A stretch of 59,489 nt of DNA, filler included. It is 3 parts of 3 records of this genome, joined end to end, with 100 filler letters (N's around TTAATTAATTAA, not from the genome) between each part and the next. Parts side by side here need not be neighbours in the genome. Positions count along the whole stretch, not along the records: positions 1 to 27,242 come from SRR22947725_428; 2 more parts are not named here. One strand, written 5' to 3'. A program made the translations under genes and the position numbers. The notes below the pieces were generated by a model. The model ran no database searches, was not told the origin of the DNA, and saw only the letters and a program-made list of their open reading frames with translations. The first letter of the stretch is position 1. Every line of letters begins with the position of its first letter. Positions 1 through 8,989 of the stretch are shown here, in pieces.

Positions 1-1
1 T

Positions 2-367
2 CTTGAATATCTTACATCAGATAAAGAAAATCTTACATTAAATAGATATAAAGTTCATAGTGGTACTAATCTAGAATATTGGGAGTCAAAAAATTGGATT
101 AATCCGATAGATCCTTATGGTTGGGTACAATGGTATTGTCATTTTTTTAATGGAAGAAGAAGCAATGATGATGGACGACAAGTCCAGAGATGGAAAAACT
201 TTACCGGTCCCAACGGTCGATGGAAACTAAGGCTAATTAGTATGATTCTTAAAAAAAATACTAAATATAATGATGAATTAATTAGTCCTGTAATCAGACA
301 AGGGTTGCAACATTGGGGATATCAATTAACAGAACAAGATTTTCAAAATGCACTTTGGGAAAGATAA
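2..367 (+). CDS. Conserved uncharacterised Trp-rich protein, C-terminal part (5' truncated by window edge)
   Basis: Open frame 2..367 not in the ORF track: LEYLTS...YWESKNWINPIDPYGWVQWYCHFFNGRRSNDDGRQVQRW...GPNGRW...ISPVIRQGLQHWGYQLT...WER*; TAA at 365-367, convergent with frr. Confidence 0.8.
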   Translation, partial: LEYLTSDKENLTLNRYKVHSGTNLEYWESKNWINPIDPYGWVQWYCHFFNGRRSNDDGRQVQRWKNFTGPNGRWKLRLISMILKKNTKYNDELISPVIRQGLQHWGYQLTEQDFQNALWER

Positions 368-368
368 A

Positions 369-926
369 TTAATTATCTAGTATTTCTTTTTCTTTAGCTT
401 CTTGATTTGAATTAAGTCTTTTAATAAACGAATCTGTAACATCTTGCATTTGATCCATAAATCTCTTCATATCATCTTCAGGAATTTTTTCATCTTCTTC
501 TACCTTTTTAGTAGACTGAATGATTTCTCTACGAATATTTCTAACAGAAATTCTGCCATCTTCAATAATTTTTGAGGCAACTTTTACTAAATCTTGTCTT
601 CTTTCTGCAGATAAAGGAGGAAAGGTAATCATAATACTATTACCGTTATTTGAAGGATTAAGACCTAAGTCTGATTCTAAAATACCTCGTTCTATATCAT
701 CGATTGCTGTCTTATCAAATGGCTGTATACTAATTGTAATTGCATCCATTACAGATATATTTGCAATTTGGTTTAACGGGGTATCATTATCATAATACTT
801 TACATTAATTTTATTAAACATATCAGGATTAGCTCTTCCTGTTCTAATTTTACCTAACTCCGATCCAACGAATACAATCGTTTGTTCCATCTTTGTCTTT
901 GCAAGTTGAATATTTTGATCTAACAT
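369..926 (-). CDS. frr: Ribosome recycling factor
   Basis: IRTGRANP, LGLNPSN, RNIRR motifs; follows pyrH. Confidence 0.97.
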   Translation of the reverse strand: MLDQNIQLAKTKMEQTIVFVGSELGKIRTGRANPDMFNKINVKYYDNDTPLNQIANISVMDAITISIQPFDKTAIDDIERGILESDLGLNPSNNGNSIMITFPPLSAERRQDLVKVASKIIEDGRISVRNIRREIIQSTKKVEEDEKIPEDDMKRFMDQMQDVTDSFIKRLNSNQEAKEKEILDN

Positions 927-928
927 AA

Positions 929-1642
929 TTAACTAATTGTTGTTCCTATATCGTTATCAGATAATGCATTGTATAAATTACCTTCTTTTGTTATATCTAA
1001 CACAAGAATAGGCATTTTATTTTCTTTACATAAAGTTATTGCTGTTAAATCCATAATTGCTAACTCTTTTTCTAAAACTTCTGAAAAAGAAATATTAGTA
1101 TATTTTTTAGCATCAGGATTTTTTACAGGATCTGAATCATACACTCCATCTACTTTTGTTGCTTTAACTAATAAAGAACAATCAAGCTCTACTGAACGTA
1201 ATGCTGCTGCACTATCAGTACTAAAAAATGGATTTCCAGTACCGCCTGCAATAATGACTATTCTACCTTTCTCTAAGTGTCTGATAGCTCTTCTTCTTAT
1301 ATATGGCTCTGCAATTTTAGGAATATCAATTCCTGATAAAGTTCTAGTTTCTAATCCCAGCTGTTCGAGTGAATCTTGAAGTGTAACGGAGTTAATAACC
1401 GTTCCCACCATACCTATATAATCCGCTGTAACTCTATCCATGCCTTTTTCAGATGCATCTCTTCCTCTAAAAATATTTCCGGCACCCAAAACAATCCCAA
1501 TATCAATATTTAGTTTTTTCAGGGAAGCAACTTCTTTTGCAAGCTGTTGGGCTACATTAGGATCAATACCATAAACATGATTTCCAGAAAGAATTTCTCC
1601 GCTAAGTTTAAGGAGAATTCTTCTTTTAGTTTTTTGTGACAT
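929..1642 (-). CDS. pyrH: UMP kinase
   Basis: RILLKLSGE, GAGNIFRG, GTGNPFFSTD, KVDGVY. Confidence 0.97.
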   Translation of the reverse strand: MSQKTKRRILLKLSGEILSGNHVYGIDPNVAQQLAKEVASLKKLNIDIGIVLGAGNIFRGRDASEKGMDRVTADYIGMVGTVINSVTLQDSLEQLGLETRTLSGIDIPKIAEPYIRRRAIRHLEKGRIVIIAGGTGNPFFSTDSAAALRSVELDCSLLVKATKVDGVYDSDPVKNPDAKKYTNISFSEVLEKELAIMDLTAITLCKENKMPILVLDITKEGNLYNALSDNDIGTTIS

Positions 1643-2248
1643 TTAGTTGTTAGACTGTTCGCCTAAAGCAAAACGAACAAAGCGATTTATAGTAATATTC
1701 TCTCCAAGCTTGGAGACACCCTCTTGAATTAATTGTCCAATTGTAACATCAGGATTTTTAACAAATGACTGATGAACAAGACAATTATCTTCTTTGAATT
1801 TTTTTAATTTACCTTCAACAATTTTTTCTACAACATTATCTGGCTTACCGCTAGACTTTGCTTGATCAGTATAAATTTCTTTTTCTTTGGCAATAAGATC
1901 TTCTGATAAGCTACTTTCATCAATAGCCATTGGATTAGAAGCTGCAATTTGCATTGCAATATTATTTGCTAAATCTAAAAATCCATCAGTTTTTGCAACA
2001 AAATCAGTTTCACATCCTATTTCTAATAAAACACCTAATTTGCTACCGTGATGAATATAAGAAACAACTAATCCTTCATTTGCATCTCTAGAAGATTTTT
2101 TTTCTGCTTTTGCGATACCAGATTTTCTTAAAAAATCTACAGCTAAATCCAAATCTCCTTTAGAGTCGACCAAAGCTTTTTTACAATCCATCATTCCAGC
2201 TCCAGTTTTTTCTCTGAGAGTTTTAACTAGCTTTGCATCTATGCTCAT
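1643..2248 (-). CDS. tsf: Elongation factor Ts (short, ~201 aa type)
   Basis: LREKTGAGMMDCKKAL, CETDFVAK; start moved to MSIDAK (2248), just after the rpsB stop. Confidence 0.96.
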   Translation of the reverse strand: MSIDAKLVKTLREKTGAGMMDCKKALVDSKGDLDLAVDFLRKSGIAKAEKKSSRDANEGLVVSYIHHGSKLGVLLEIGCETDFVAKTDGFLDLANNIAMQIAASNPMAIDESSLSEDLIAKEKEIYTDQAKSSGKPDNVVEKIVEGKLKKFKEDNCLVHQSFVKNPDVTIGQLIQEGVSKLGENITINRFVRFALGEQSNN

Positions 2249-2252
2249 AAAA

Positions 2253-2984
2253 CTATGCTTCCTTTTTTTCTTCGGATTGTTTCTCTGCTTCTTCAGCTTT
2301 CGCATTCTTTTGTGCAACCTCTATAATAGCGTTAGCTATTTCTGTTACTAGTAACTGTATAGTTCTAATAGAGTCGTCATTAGCAGGAATTGGATGTGTA
2401 CATAGCGTTGGATCAGTGTTAGAATCAACAATACATACAATTGGTATTTCAAGTTTTTGTGCTTCTTTTATAGCGATAGATTCTGTTTTACCATCCACGA
2501 TAACTATCATGCTTGGTAATCTTTTCATATCTTTAATTCCTCTATGCTGATCTGAAAGCTTAATTTTTTCGCGATTTAATTGTAGAATTTCTTTCTTGGT
2601 TAAATCTTCGAATACTGAAGATCCTTCTTTTTCTAGGGAATGTAGTCTTTTAATACTTTTTTTAATTGTAGAAAAATTAGTTAATGTTCCGCCTAACCAT
2701 CTCTCTACTACATAAAACATACCACATCTATCAGCTTCTTGCTGTATAACGTCTTTAGCATGCTTTTTAGTGCCAACAAACAGTATTTCTCCGTTCTTTT
2801 CTACTGTACTAGTAATAAACTCTACCGCTTTCTCAAGCCCCTCTAGCGTATGATCTAAATTGATAATATCAATGCCATTCTTTTGGGATATAACATAGTC
2901 TTTAAAATTTGGATCAGTTTTGCTTGAAACATGCCCGAAATGAGCGCCTGAATTTAATAAATCTTCTTTTGTAATTTTTTGCAT
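2253..2984 (-). CDS. rpsB: 30S ribosomal protein S2
   Basis: GAHFGH, LFVGTK, RWLGGTLTN, PIPANDD; start moved to MQKITK (2984). Confidence 0.96.
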   Translation of the reverse strand: MQKITKEDLLNSGAHFGHVSSKTDPNFKDYVISQKNGIDIINLDHTLEGLEKAVEFITSTVEKNGEILFVGTKKHAKDVIQQEADRCGMFYVVERWLGGTLTNFSTIKKSIKRLHSLEKEGSSVFEDLTKKEILQLNREKIKLSDQHRGIKDMKRLPSMIVIVDGKTESIAIKEAQKLEIPIVCIVDSNTDPTLCTHPIPANDDSIRTIQLLVTEIANAIIEVAQKNAKAEEAEKQSEEKKEA

Positions 2985-2991
2985 ATATTTT

Positions 2992-3387
2992 TTATCTCTT
3001 AGAGAATTGGAATTTCTTTCTCGCTCCAGGTTGACCATACTTCTTTCTTTCTACTTCTCTGGCATCTCTTGTTAACAATCCATGTGACTTTAATTGGGGT
3101 CTAAATTCTGCATCTACTTTTAAAAGAGCTCTTGCTATACCAAGTTGAATTGCTCCAGCTTGACCAGTTAGACCTCCGCCAGAAACGTTAATGTTCAGAT
3201 CGTATTTATCTTTAAGATTTAATACTTCCAAAGGCTTCATTGCATGAATAACCAAAGATTCTCTTTTTAGATGTGAATCAATATTTAATTTTTTATTAAC
3301 AGTAGAAGTTCCAGAACCATCAGATAGATAAACTCTCGCAGTTGATTCTTTACGTCTTCCAACTCCATTAAATAATTCTTTTTTCAT
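2992..3387 (-). CDS. rpsI: 30S ribosomal protein S9
   Basis: GRRKES, GGGLTGQAGAI, RKKYGQPGARKKFQFSKR; start MKKELF (3387) overlaps the restored rplM stop (TAATG). Confidence 0.97.
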   Translation of the reverse strand: MKKELFNGVGRRKESTARVYLSDGSGTSTVNKKLNIDSHLKRESLVIHAMKPLEVLNLKDKYDLNINVSGGGLTGQAGAIQLGIARALLKVDAEFRPQLKSHGLLTRDAREVERKKYGQPGARKKFQFSKR

Positions 3388-3825
3388 TAAATAGAACTCC
3401 ATTCAGTTGGTTGTTGTGCTTCTTGTCCATGATTAGAGTCTTTATAAATTCTAAGATGTGTTAAAATCTCATTACCTAATCTATTTTTTTGGTAACATAC
3501 CTTTTATTGCCTTTAAAAGTACTTTATCTGAATCATTTTTCATTAAATCTTTATAGCTAGTAAACTTAACCCCACCTGGATAACCAGAATGGCTAAAATA
3601 TTTTTTTGAGTCAGCTTTATTACCAGTCAGCCTTATCTTATCTGCATTTACTATAATTACCGCATCACCCATATATAAATTAGGAGCATAATTAGGTCTA
3701 TGCTTTCCTCTTAATATCTGAGCAACTTGGGATGCAAAACGCCCCAATACCTGATTGTCGGCATCTAGCAACCACCATTGTTGCTTTATATCTTTTGCTG
3801 ATACTGTACTTGTTATCTTTTTCAT
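3387..3825 (-). CDS. rplM: 50S ribosomal protein L13, apparent +1 nt frameshift in A7 run (3484-3490)
   Basis: WWLLDA..LGR, GKHRPNYAP, HSGYPGG, GMLPK; C-terminus NRLGNEILTHLRIYKDSNHGQEAQQP continues in another frame to TAA at 3387-3389. Confidence 0.93.
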
Positions 3826-3847
3826 TAGTGTCTCAAAAATGCCTCAA

Positions 3848-3876
3848 AACTTAATCGATGTGATTCCATTAGTCAA
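3848..3876 (-). promoter_or_regulatory. Putative sigma70 promoter for rplM-rpsI-rpsB-tsf-pyrH-frr
   Basis: Minus strand TTGACT-17 nt-TAAGTT in the 70-nt pyrC/rplM gap. Confidence 0.6.
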
Positions 3877-3895
3877 TGATTAATGATAGGGAAAT

Positions 3896-5191
3896 TTATA
3901 AAGTATAAAACTTGCTTTTTGATACTACATATTTAACTTTTCCAACCATCTCTTCACCGATGAATGGTGAGTTTGAAGATTTAGAATAAATATCTTTATT
4001 TGAGAAGGTCCATTTTTGATTTGGATCAAGTATCGTAATCTGAGCTTTCTTGCCAATTTCAAATAAATCTCTATCAATATTCATAACTTTTCTTGGATTG
4101 ACTGTCAACTTTTCAATCAAAGATTTTAAACTCATGCCATTATTTTTTACTAAAACTTTATTAACTGCACCAAAACAACTCTCAAGACCAATCATACCAA
4201 ATGCTGCATCATTAAAAGTAGTTTCTTTATCTTCAAGCGTATGTGGAGCATGATCAGTAGCGATACAATCAATAATACCACTTTTAATACCCTCAATAAG
4301 TTTCTTTCTGTCTGATTTTCCTCTAATTGGCGGACCAACCTTCAAATTTGTATTAAATTCTTGAATATCTTCATCTGAAAAGTATAAATGATGAGGACAA
4401 ACTTCTGAAGTAATAAGACCATCTTTAGATTTGAATTTTTTGATTAAATCTACAGATTCTTTTGTTGATACATGTAAAATATGTAATCTTGCATTAAGAG
4501 ATGTAGCTAATAATAAATCTCTATAAACCATCATAGCTTCAGCTAAGCTATTATTGCCTTTCAATCCTAGATTGCTAGATGTTTTACTTGCATTCATTAC
4601 ACCATCATTTCTGAGATAAATATCTTCAGAGTGATTTAAAATAGGTGCATCAATCATTTGTGCATATCGTAATGCTAGACTCATAAATTGAGGATTTTGT
4701 ATTGACATACCGTCATCTGTAAAAGCAATTGCGCCATTTTTCTTCATTAACATCATTTCAGTCAAATGTTCACCTTCTAAATTTTTTGATACTGCACCAA
4801 TTGGGAAGATTTCTATTGGTAAATCTTTACTTTTACTTGCTATATAATATACATGTTCTGGAGAATCAATCACTGGATCTGTATTTGGCATCGTACAAAC
4901 TTGTGTAAAACCTCCTGCAATTGCAGCCATAGAGCCTGACTCTAAGTTTTCTTTATCTTCTCTACCAGGTTCTCTAAAATGGACATGAATATCACAAAAA
5001 CCATGCGTAACTATTAAACCCTTACAATCAATGACATTGTAATTTTTTCCCTTAGAAGGTATAGAGTCTGCAATTTTAGATATAGAACCATTTTCAACCA
5101 ATAAATCGCCAATAAATGTCTTCTTTGAGAATGGGTCAATAATTCTACCACCTTTTAATAATAGTTTTTTTGTAGTTTGATTATCTATCAT
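3896..5191 (-). CDS. pyrC: Dihydroorotase (type I)
   Basis: DIHVHFREPG, MPNT, NHSED, HVST, VCPHHL, ATDHAPH; metal ligands intact; coupled to pyrB. Confidence 0.93.
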   Translation of the reverse strand: MIDNQTTKKLLLKGGRIIDPFSKKTFIGDLLVENGSISKIADSIPSKGKNYNVIDCKGLIVTHGFCDIHVHFREPGREDKENLESGSMAAIAGGFTQVCTMPNTDPVIDSPEHVYYIASKSKDLPIEIFPIGAVSKNLEGEHLTEMMLMKKNGAIAFTDDGMSIQNPQFMSLALRYAQMIDAPILNHSEDIYLRNDGVMNASKTSSNLGLKGNNSLAEAMMVYRDLLLATSLNARLHILHVSTKESVDLIKKFKSKDGLITSEVCPHHLYFSDEDIQEFNTNLKVGPPIRGKSDRKKLIEGIKSGIIDCIATDHAPHTLEDKETTFNDAAFGMIGLESCFGAVNKVLVKNNGMSLKSLIEKLTVNPRKVMNIDRDLFEIGKKAQITILDPNQKWTFSNKDIYSKSSNSPFIGEEMVGKVKYVVSKSKFYTL

Positions 5192-6117
5192 AATTTTTCC
5201 GATTTATCTGCAAGCAAGAGATAAAGAATTGACATTCTTGAAGCTACGCCATTTAATACTTGATCTAAAATAACTGCATTATCTGAATCTGCAATCTTGC
5301 TATCAATTTCTACTCCTCGATTCATTGGACCTGGATGCATAATAACAATGTCTTTCTTTAATTTGCTAATCCTCTCATAAGTCAAACCAAACTCACTATG
5401 ATATTCTCTTTTAGATGGAATTCTACCTAAATGCATTCTTTCAAGTTGAATACGTAATCCAATTACTACGTCACACCAATTTAAAACTTCATCAATGTTA
5501 TGAGTAATATTAACTCCTAATTGTTTAGCATTGCTTGGCAATAGAGTACTAGGACCACACACTACAATTTCGGCACCTAGTTTTTTAAGTGCAAAGATAT
5601 CACTTCTTGCTACCCTACTATTTAGGATATCACCTATAATACCGACTTTTAAATTTTTTATCTTACCAAATTTCTCTTTAAGTGTTACCATATCTAAAAT
5701 AGCTTGCGTTGGATGTTCATGGGACCCATCTCCTGCATTGATCACTGCTCCATCAATGTACTCAGTTAACTTTAGTGCTGATCCAGGATGTCCATGTCTA
5801 ATAACAGCTCCATCTATTTTCATTGCATCAATATTTTGGATTGTATCTTTTAGAGTTTCTCCCTTCTTAACGCTGCTTGTTGATGAAGAAAAATTAATAC
5901 TATCTGCTCCTAATCTTTTTTCAGCTAGCGTAAAACTAATTTTTGTTCTTGTAGAATTTTCAAAAAACATATTAACAATCGTTTTTCCCTTCAATAAGAT
6001 TGCTTTTCTTTCTGGGCTTTCTAGGATTTCTTTGAATTTAAATGAAGTATCAATTATTTTATTCAAATCAGAAGTTGGAAAATGTTCTAAACCGATAAGA
6101 TGTTTGCTTTTTAGCAT
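5188..6117 (-). CDS. pyrB: Aspartate carbamoyltransferase catalytic subunit
   Basis: FFENSTRT, NAGDGSHEHPTQ, RIQLER, MHPGP. Confidence 0.96.
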   Translation of the reverse strand: MLKSKHLIGLEHFPTSDLNKIIDTSFKFKEILESPERKAILLKGKTIVNMFFENSTRTKISFTLAEKRLGADSINFSSSTSSVKKGETLKDTIQNIDAMKIDGAVIRHGHPGSALKLTEYIDGAVINAGDGSHEHPTQAILDMVTLKEKFGKIKNLKVGIIGDILNSRVARSDIFALKKLGAEIVVCGPSTLLPSNAKQLGVNITHNIDEVLNWCDVVIGLRIQLERMHLGRIPSKREYHSEFGLTYERISKLKKDIVIMHPGPMNRGVEIDSKIADSDNAVILDQVLNGVASRMSILYLLLADKSEKL

Positions 6118-6141
6118 ATTTTTTCTCCAATTCTCGGAAAC

Positions 6142-7053
6142 TTAGCTTATTTCAACTAATTTATCAACTATATCATTAACGCTGGTATTGTCAATATCAA
6201 ATACGTGATCAAAACTCTGGTTATCAAACCATTTCATTTGTCTTTTTGCATATTGCCTAGTGCGAATGTGAATTTTTTCTATTACATCTTCTAATGATAT
6301 TTTTTTATCTAAATATGATGATATCTCACTATAGCCTATATAATCTATATGATCAATATTGTAATTATGATCTTTTAGATATTGAACTTCTCCTATCATA
6401 CCTTCTTCTATCATAGATAAAGTTCTTTTGTGGATAATCAATTCAAGAGATTTTCTTGGCATTCTGAGATATACAGTATTGATACGGTCATGGAAAGCAC
6501 TTTTTTTATTATTAGACTTAAAATTCTCTGTCATATTCTTTCCTGTAATTTTGTAAATTTCAAGAGCTCTAATTAATCTTCTTTTATTATTAGGATGAAC
6601 CTTTTTTGAATATATAGGATCAATAGAGACTAATTCCTTGTAAAGACTATCTGAATTTCCCTTATCATACTCTTTTTCAAGATAAGTTCTAATTTTTGCA
6701 TCTGTTTTACTTCCAATAAAAATACCTTCCACCAAAGACTTTAGATATAATCCTGTACCGCCGCAGATAATGGGTGTTTTATTTTTCTCTAAAATGGTGA
6801 CAATTCTTTGATCTACTAACTGCATAAATTCGCCCGCTGAAACTGTTTCATGTAAATCTTTTGTACCAATTAAATGATGCTTAATTATACTTAAATCTTT
6901 TGCAGATGGTTGGGCAGTGCCGATTGGAATCATTTTATAAATCTGTCTAGAATCTAATCCGATAATTTCACTATTTAATTTCTTAGCTAATTTTATTGAT
7001 AAACTTGTTTTTCCTATTCCGGTAGGACCAACTATTGCAAAGATATTTATCAA
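6142..7053 (-). CDS. miaA: tRNA dimethylallyltransferase
   Basis: GPTGIGKT, DSRQIY, GGTGLY, TRQYAKRQ; TTG start. Confidence 0.95.
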   Translation of the reverse strand: MINIFAIVGPTGIGKTSLSIKLAKKLNSEIIGLDSRQIYKMIPIGTAQPSAKDLSIIKHHLIGTKDLHETVSAGEFMQLVDQRIVTILEKNKTPIICGGTGLYLKSLVEGIFIGSKTDAKIRTYLEKEYDKGNSDSLYKELVSIDPIYSKKVHPNNKRRLIRALEIYKITGKNMTENFKSNNKKSAFHDRINTVYLRMPRKSLELIIHKRTLSMIEEGMIGEVQYLKDHNYNIDHIDYIGYSEISSYLDKKISLEDVIEKIHIRTRQYAKRQMKWFDNQSFDHVFDIDNTSVNDIVDKLVEIS

Positions 7054-7688
7054 GCTAGATTGATGCCTGTTAGTAAATTAAAAATCAGCTTTGCTGGCTC
7101 GAATATTACAAAACTAAATATACTTAATCCGCCAATCAGTGATAATAATACCAGCCCCATCAATACACGAGGACCATAATATTCAATTTGATACAATGTT
7201 CGAGGGTCTCGAATAAACAAAGGCAATAATCTTGAGCCATCTAAAGGAGCAATTGGAATTAGATTAAATAATGCTAAAACAATATTTATAAAGACAAAAA
7301 ATATCATAGCGCTAGTAAATAATTCTGGAATACTAAATGGAGCAATAGTAGAGAATCTTAAAAAAATAGAGCCTATAATGGCTAAAAAAATATTCGAAGC
7401 AGGACCTGCAATAGCAATTAACATCATATCTGTTCTAGGCTTGGAAAGATTTCGCATATTAACAGGTACAGGTTTTGCCCATCCAAAACCAAGGAAGTAT
7501 AATGCTAATGTTCCAATTGGATCTAAATGACTAATAGGGTTTAAATTCATTCTATCTTGATAGTAAGCTGTATAATCACCCAAATAGTAAGCTACTCGAG
7601 CATGAGCATATTCATGAAAAGTTAATGCAAATAAAATACATGGCATTACAATCAATTGCATTTCTAGTGGTGCGCTTGCTATTCCCAT
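7050..7688 (-). CDS. Site-2 protease family (peptidase M50) membrane metalloprotease
   Basis: HEYAH (HExxH), AGPASN, FNLIPIAPLDG; hydrophobic. Confidence 0.92.
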   Translation of the reverse strand: MGIASAPLEMQLIVMPCILFALTFHEYAHARVAYYLGDYTAYYQDRMNLNPISHLDPIGTLALYFLGFGWAKPVPVNMRNLSKPRTDMMLIAIAGPASNIFLAIIGSIFLRFSTIAPFSIPELFTSAMIFFVFINIVLALFNLIPIAPLDGSRLLPLFIRDPRTLYQIEYYGPRVLMGLVLLSLIGGLSIFSFVIFEPAKLIFNLLTGINLA

Positions 7689-7700
7689 ACCAAAAAATAG

Positions 7701-8609
7701 TTAATTCTTACCCTTTTCAAAAGCTTTCATATATTCACTATCAATAAATTCTCTTGAAAGATGAGTGTAAATTTCTGTAGTTGATATGTCTGCATGTCCA
7801 AGAAGAGCCTGCACTTCTACTAAATTTGCTCCACCATCTATTAGGTGGGTTGCAAAAGAGTGTCTAAAAGTATGTGGAGATATTTTTTTAGGAATAGCCG
7901 CTCTATCAATATATTTTTTTACTGATTGCCATATTGCAGCTCGAGTAAGTGGCAATCCATTATTGCTCAAGAAAACAAACTTTGATCCTTTGGTAGATCT
8001 TTCAGATAAAATTCTACGTGATTGTGTTAAATATCGCTCTAACCATTTTCTTGCATAATAAGTTAACGGAATCATTCTTTCTTTATTTCCCTTGCCAAAA
8101 AAACGAATAAGATCTAAATCAAATTGTATATTATTCACTTTCAGATTACATAACTCGCTAACTCTCAAACCAGAAGAATATAGCATTTCAAGAATGCACC
8201 TATCTCTTAATCCTAACAACTCATTATCAGTATTTTCAGATTGAAAAAATACTTTATTTATTTCATCTATAGTCAATATTTCTGGTAAAGCTTTTGGTAT
8301 CTTAGGAGTAAAAACTCCATTAAGAGGATTGCTCTGGATGATTTTTCTATCTAAAAGAAATATGAAATAAGAAGAAAGCGAGGAAAATTTTCTCTTTATT
8401 GATCTGGGAGATAATTTTCTCTTTGAAAGCTGCCTGAAAAAATTTTTTGTATGCTTAGTTTCAACAACAACATCTTTAAAATTAATTTTATTCTTTTTCA
8501 AGAAAACATTGAAAGATTTTAAGTCCGAAAGGTATGCACTAACAGTATTGTCTGAATAATTTCTTTCGATTTTTAACATTCTAGAGAAATCATCTAAGTT
8601 AATTAGCAT
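7701..8609 (-). CDS. xerD: Tyrosine recombinase XerD/XerC
   Basis: SGLRVSE, GKGNKER, HTFRHSFATH, LGHAD, TEIYTH catalytic residues. Confidence 0.88.
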   Translation of the reverse strand: MLINLDDFSRMLKIERNYSDNTVSAYLSDLKSFNVFLKKNKINFKDVVVETKHTKNFFRQLSKRKLSPRSIKRKFSSLSSYFIFLLDRKIIQSNPLNGVFTPKIPKALPEILTIDEINKVFFQSENTDNELLGLRDRCILEMLYSSGLRVSELCNLKVNNIQFDLDLIRFFGKGNKERMIPLTYYARKWLERYLTQSRRILSERSTKGSKFVFLSNNGLPLTRAAIWQSVKKYIDRAAIPKKISPHTFRHSFATHLIDGGANLVEVQALLGHADISTTEIYTHLSREFIDSEYMKAFEKGKN

Positions 8610-8611
8610 TT

Positions 8612-8989
8612 CTATCCAATTAATTCAATATATGATTTTGAATCGAGTAATTTAGATTGATCAGCATTATTATCTAATTCAATCTTAACCATCCAACCAT
8701 TTTTATAGGGATCTTCATTTACTTGCTCCGGAGTATCGTTCAAGTCTTCATTTACTTCAACGACTTTACCTGTTAATGGCATATACATATCAGATACAGT
8801 TTTAACTGCTTCGATTGTACCAAAAACATCTCCATCATTAAAATTTTCTTCTACAGTAGGAAACTCTAAAAAGATAATGTCCCCTAATTCACTTTGTGCA
8901 AAATCTGTAATTCCGATAGTAGCAATATTACCACTTATTTCAACCCACTCGTGTTCAGATGTATACATCAAATTCTCTGGATGATTCAA
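8612..8989 (-). CDS. gcvH: Glycine cleavage system H protein (lipoyl carrier)
   Basis: HEWV, GITDFAQSELGDI, EAVKTVSD lipoyl-Lys, DPYKNGW; TTG start with upstream AGGGGAG. Confidence 0.95.
   Translation of the reverse strand: MNHPENLMYTSEHEWVEISGNIATIGITDFAQSELGDIIFLEFPTVEENFNDGDVFGTIEAVKTVSDMYMPLTGKVVEVNEDLNDTPEQVNEDPYKNGWMVKIELDNNADQSKLLDSKSYIELIG

Noticed and set aside
1643-2248. Short EF-Ts as a truncation
   Set aside because: A ~200-aa EF-Ts is a known class, and the C-terminal RFVRFALGE is intact.
3896-5191. PyrC as an inactive PyrC' scaffold for PyrB
   Set aside because: The metal-binding His residues and the catalytic Asp motif are present.
7701-8609. Tyrosine recombinase as a prophage or island integrase
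   Set aside because: It has Xer-type size and motifs, sits among housekeeping genes, and has no att repeats, tRNA or cargo nearby.
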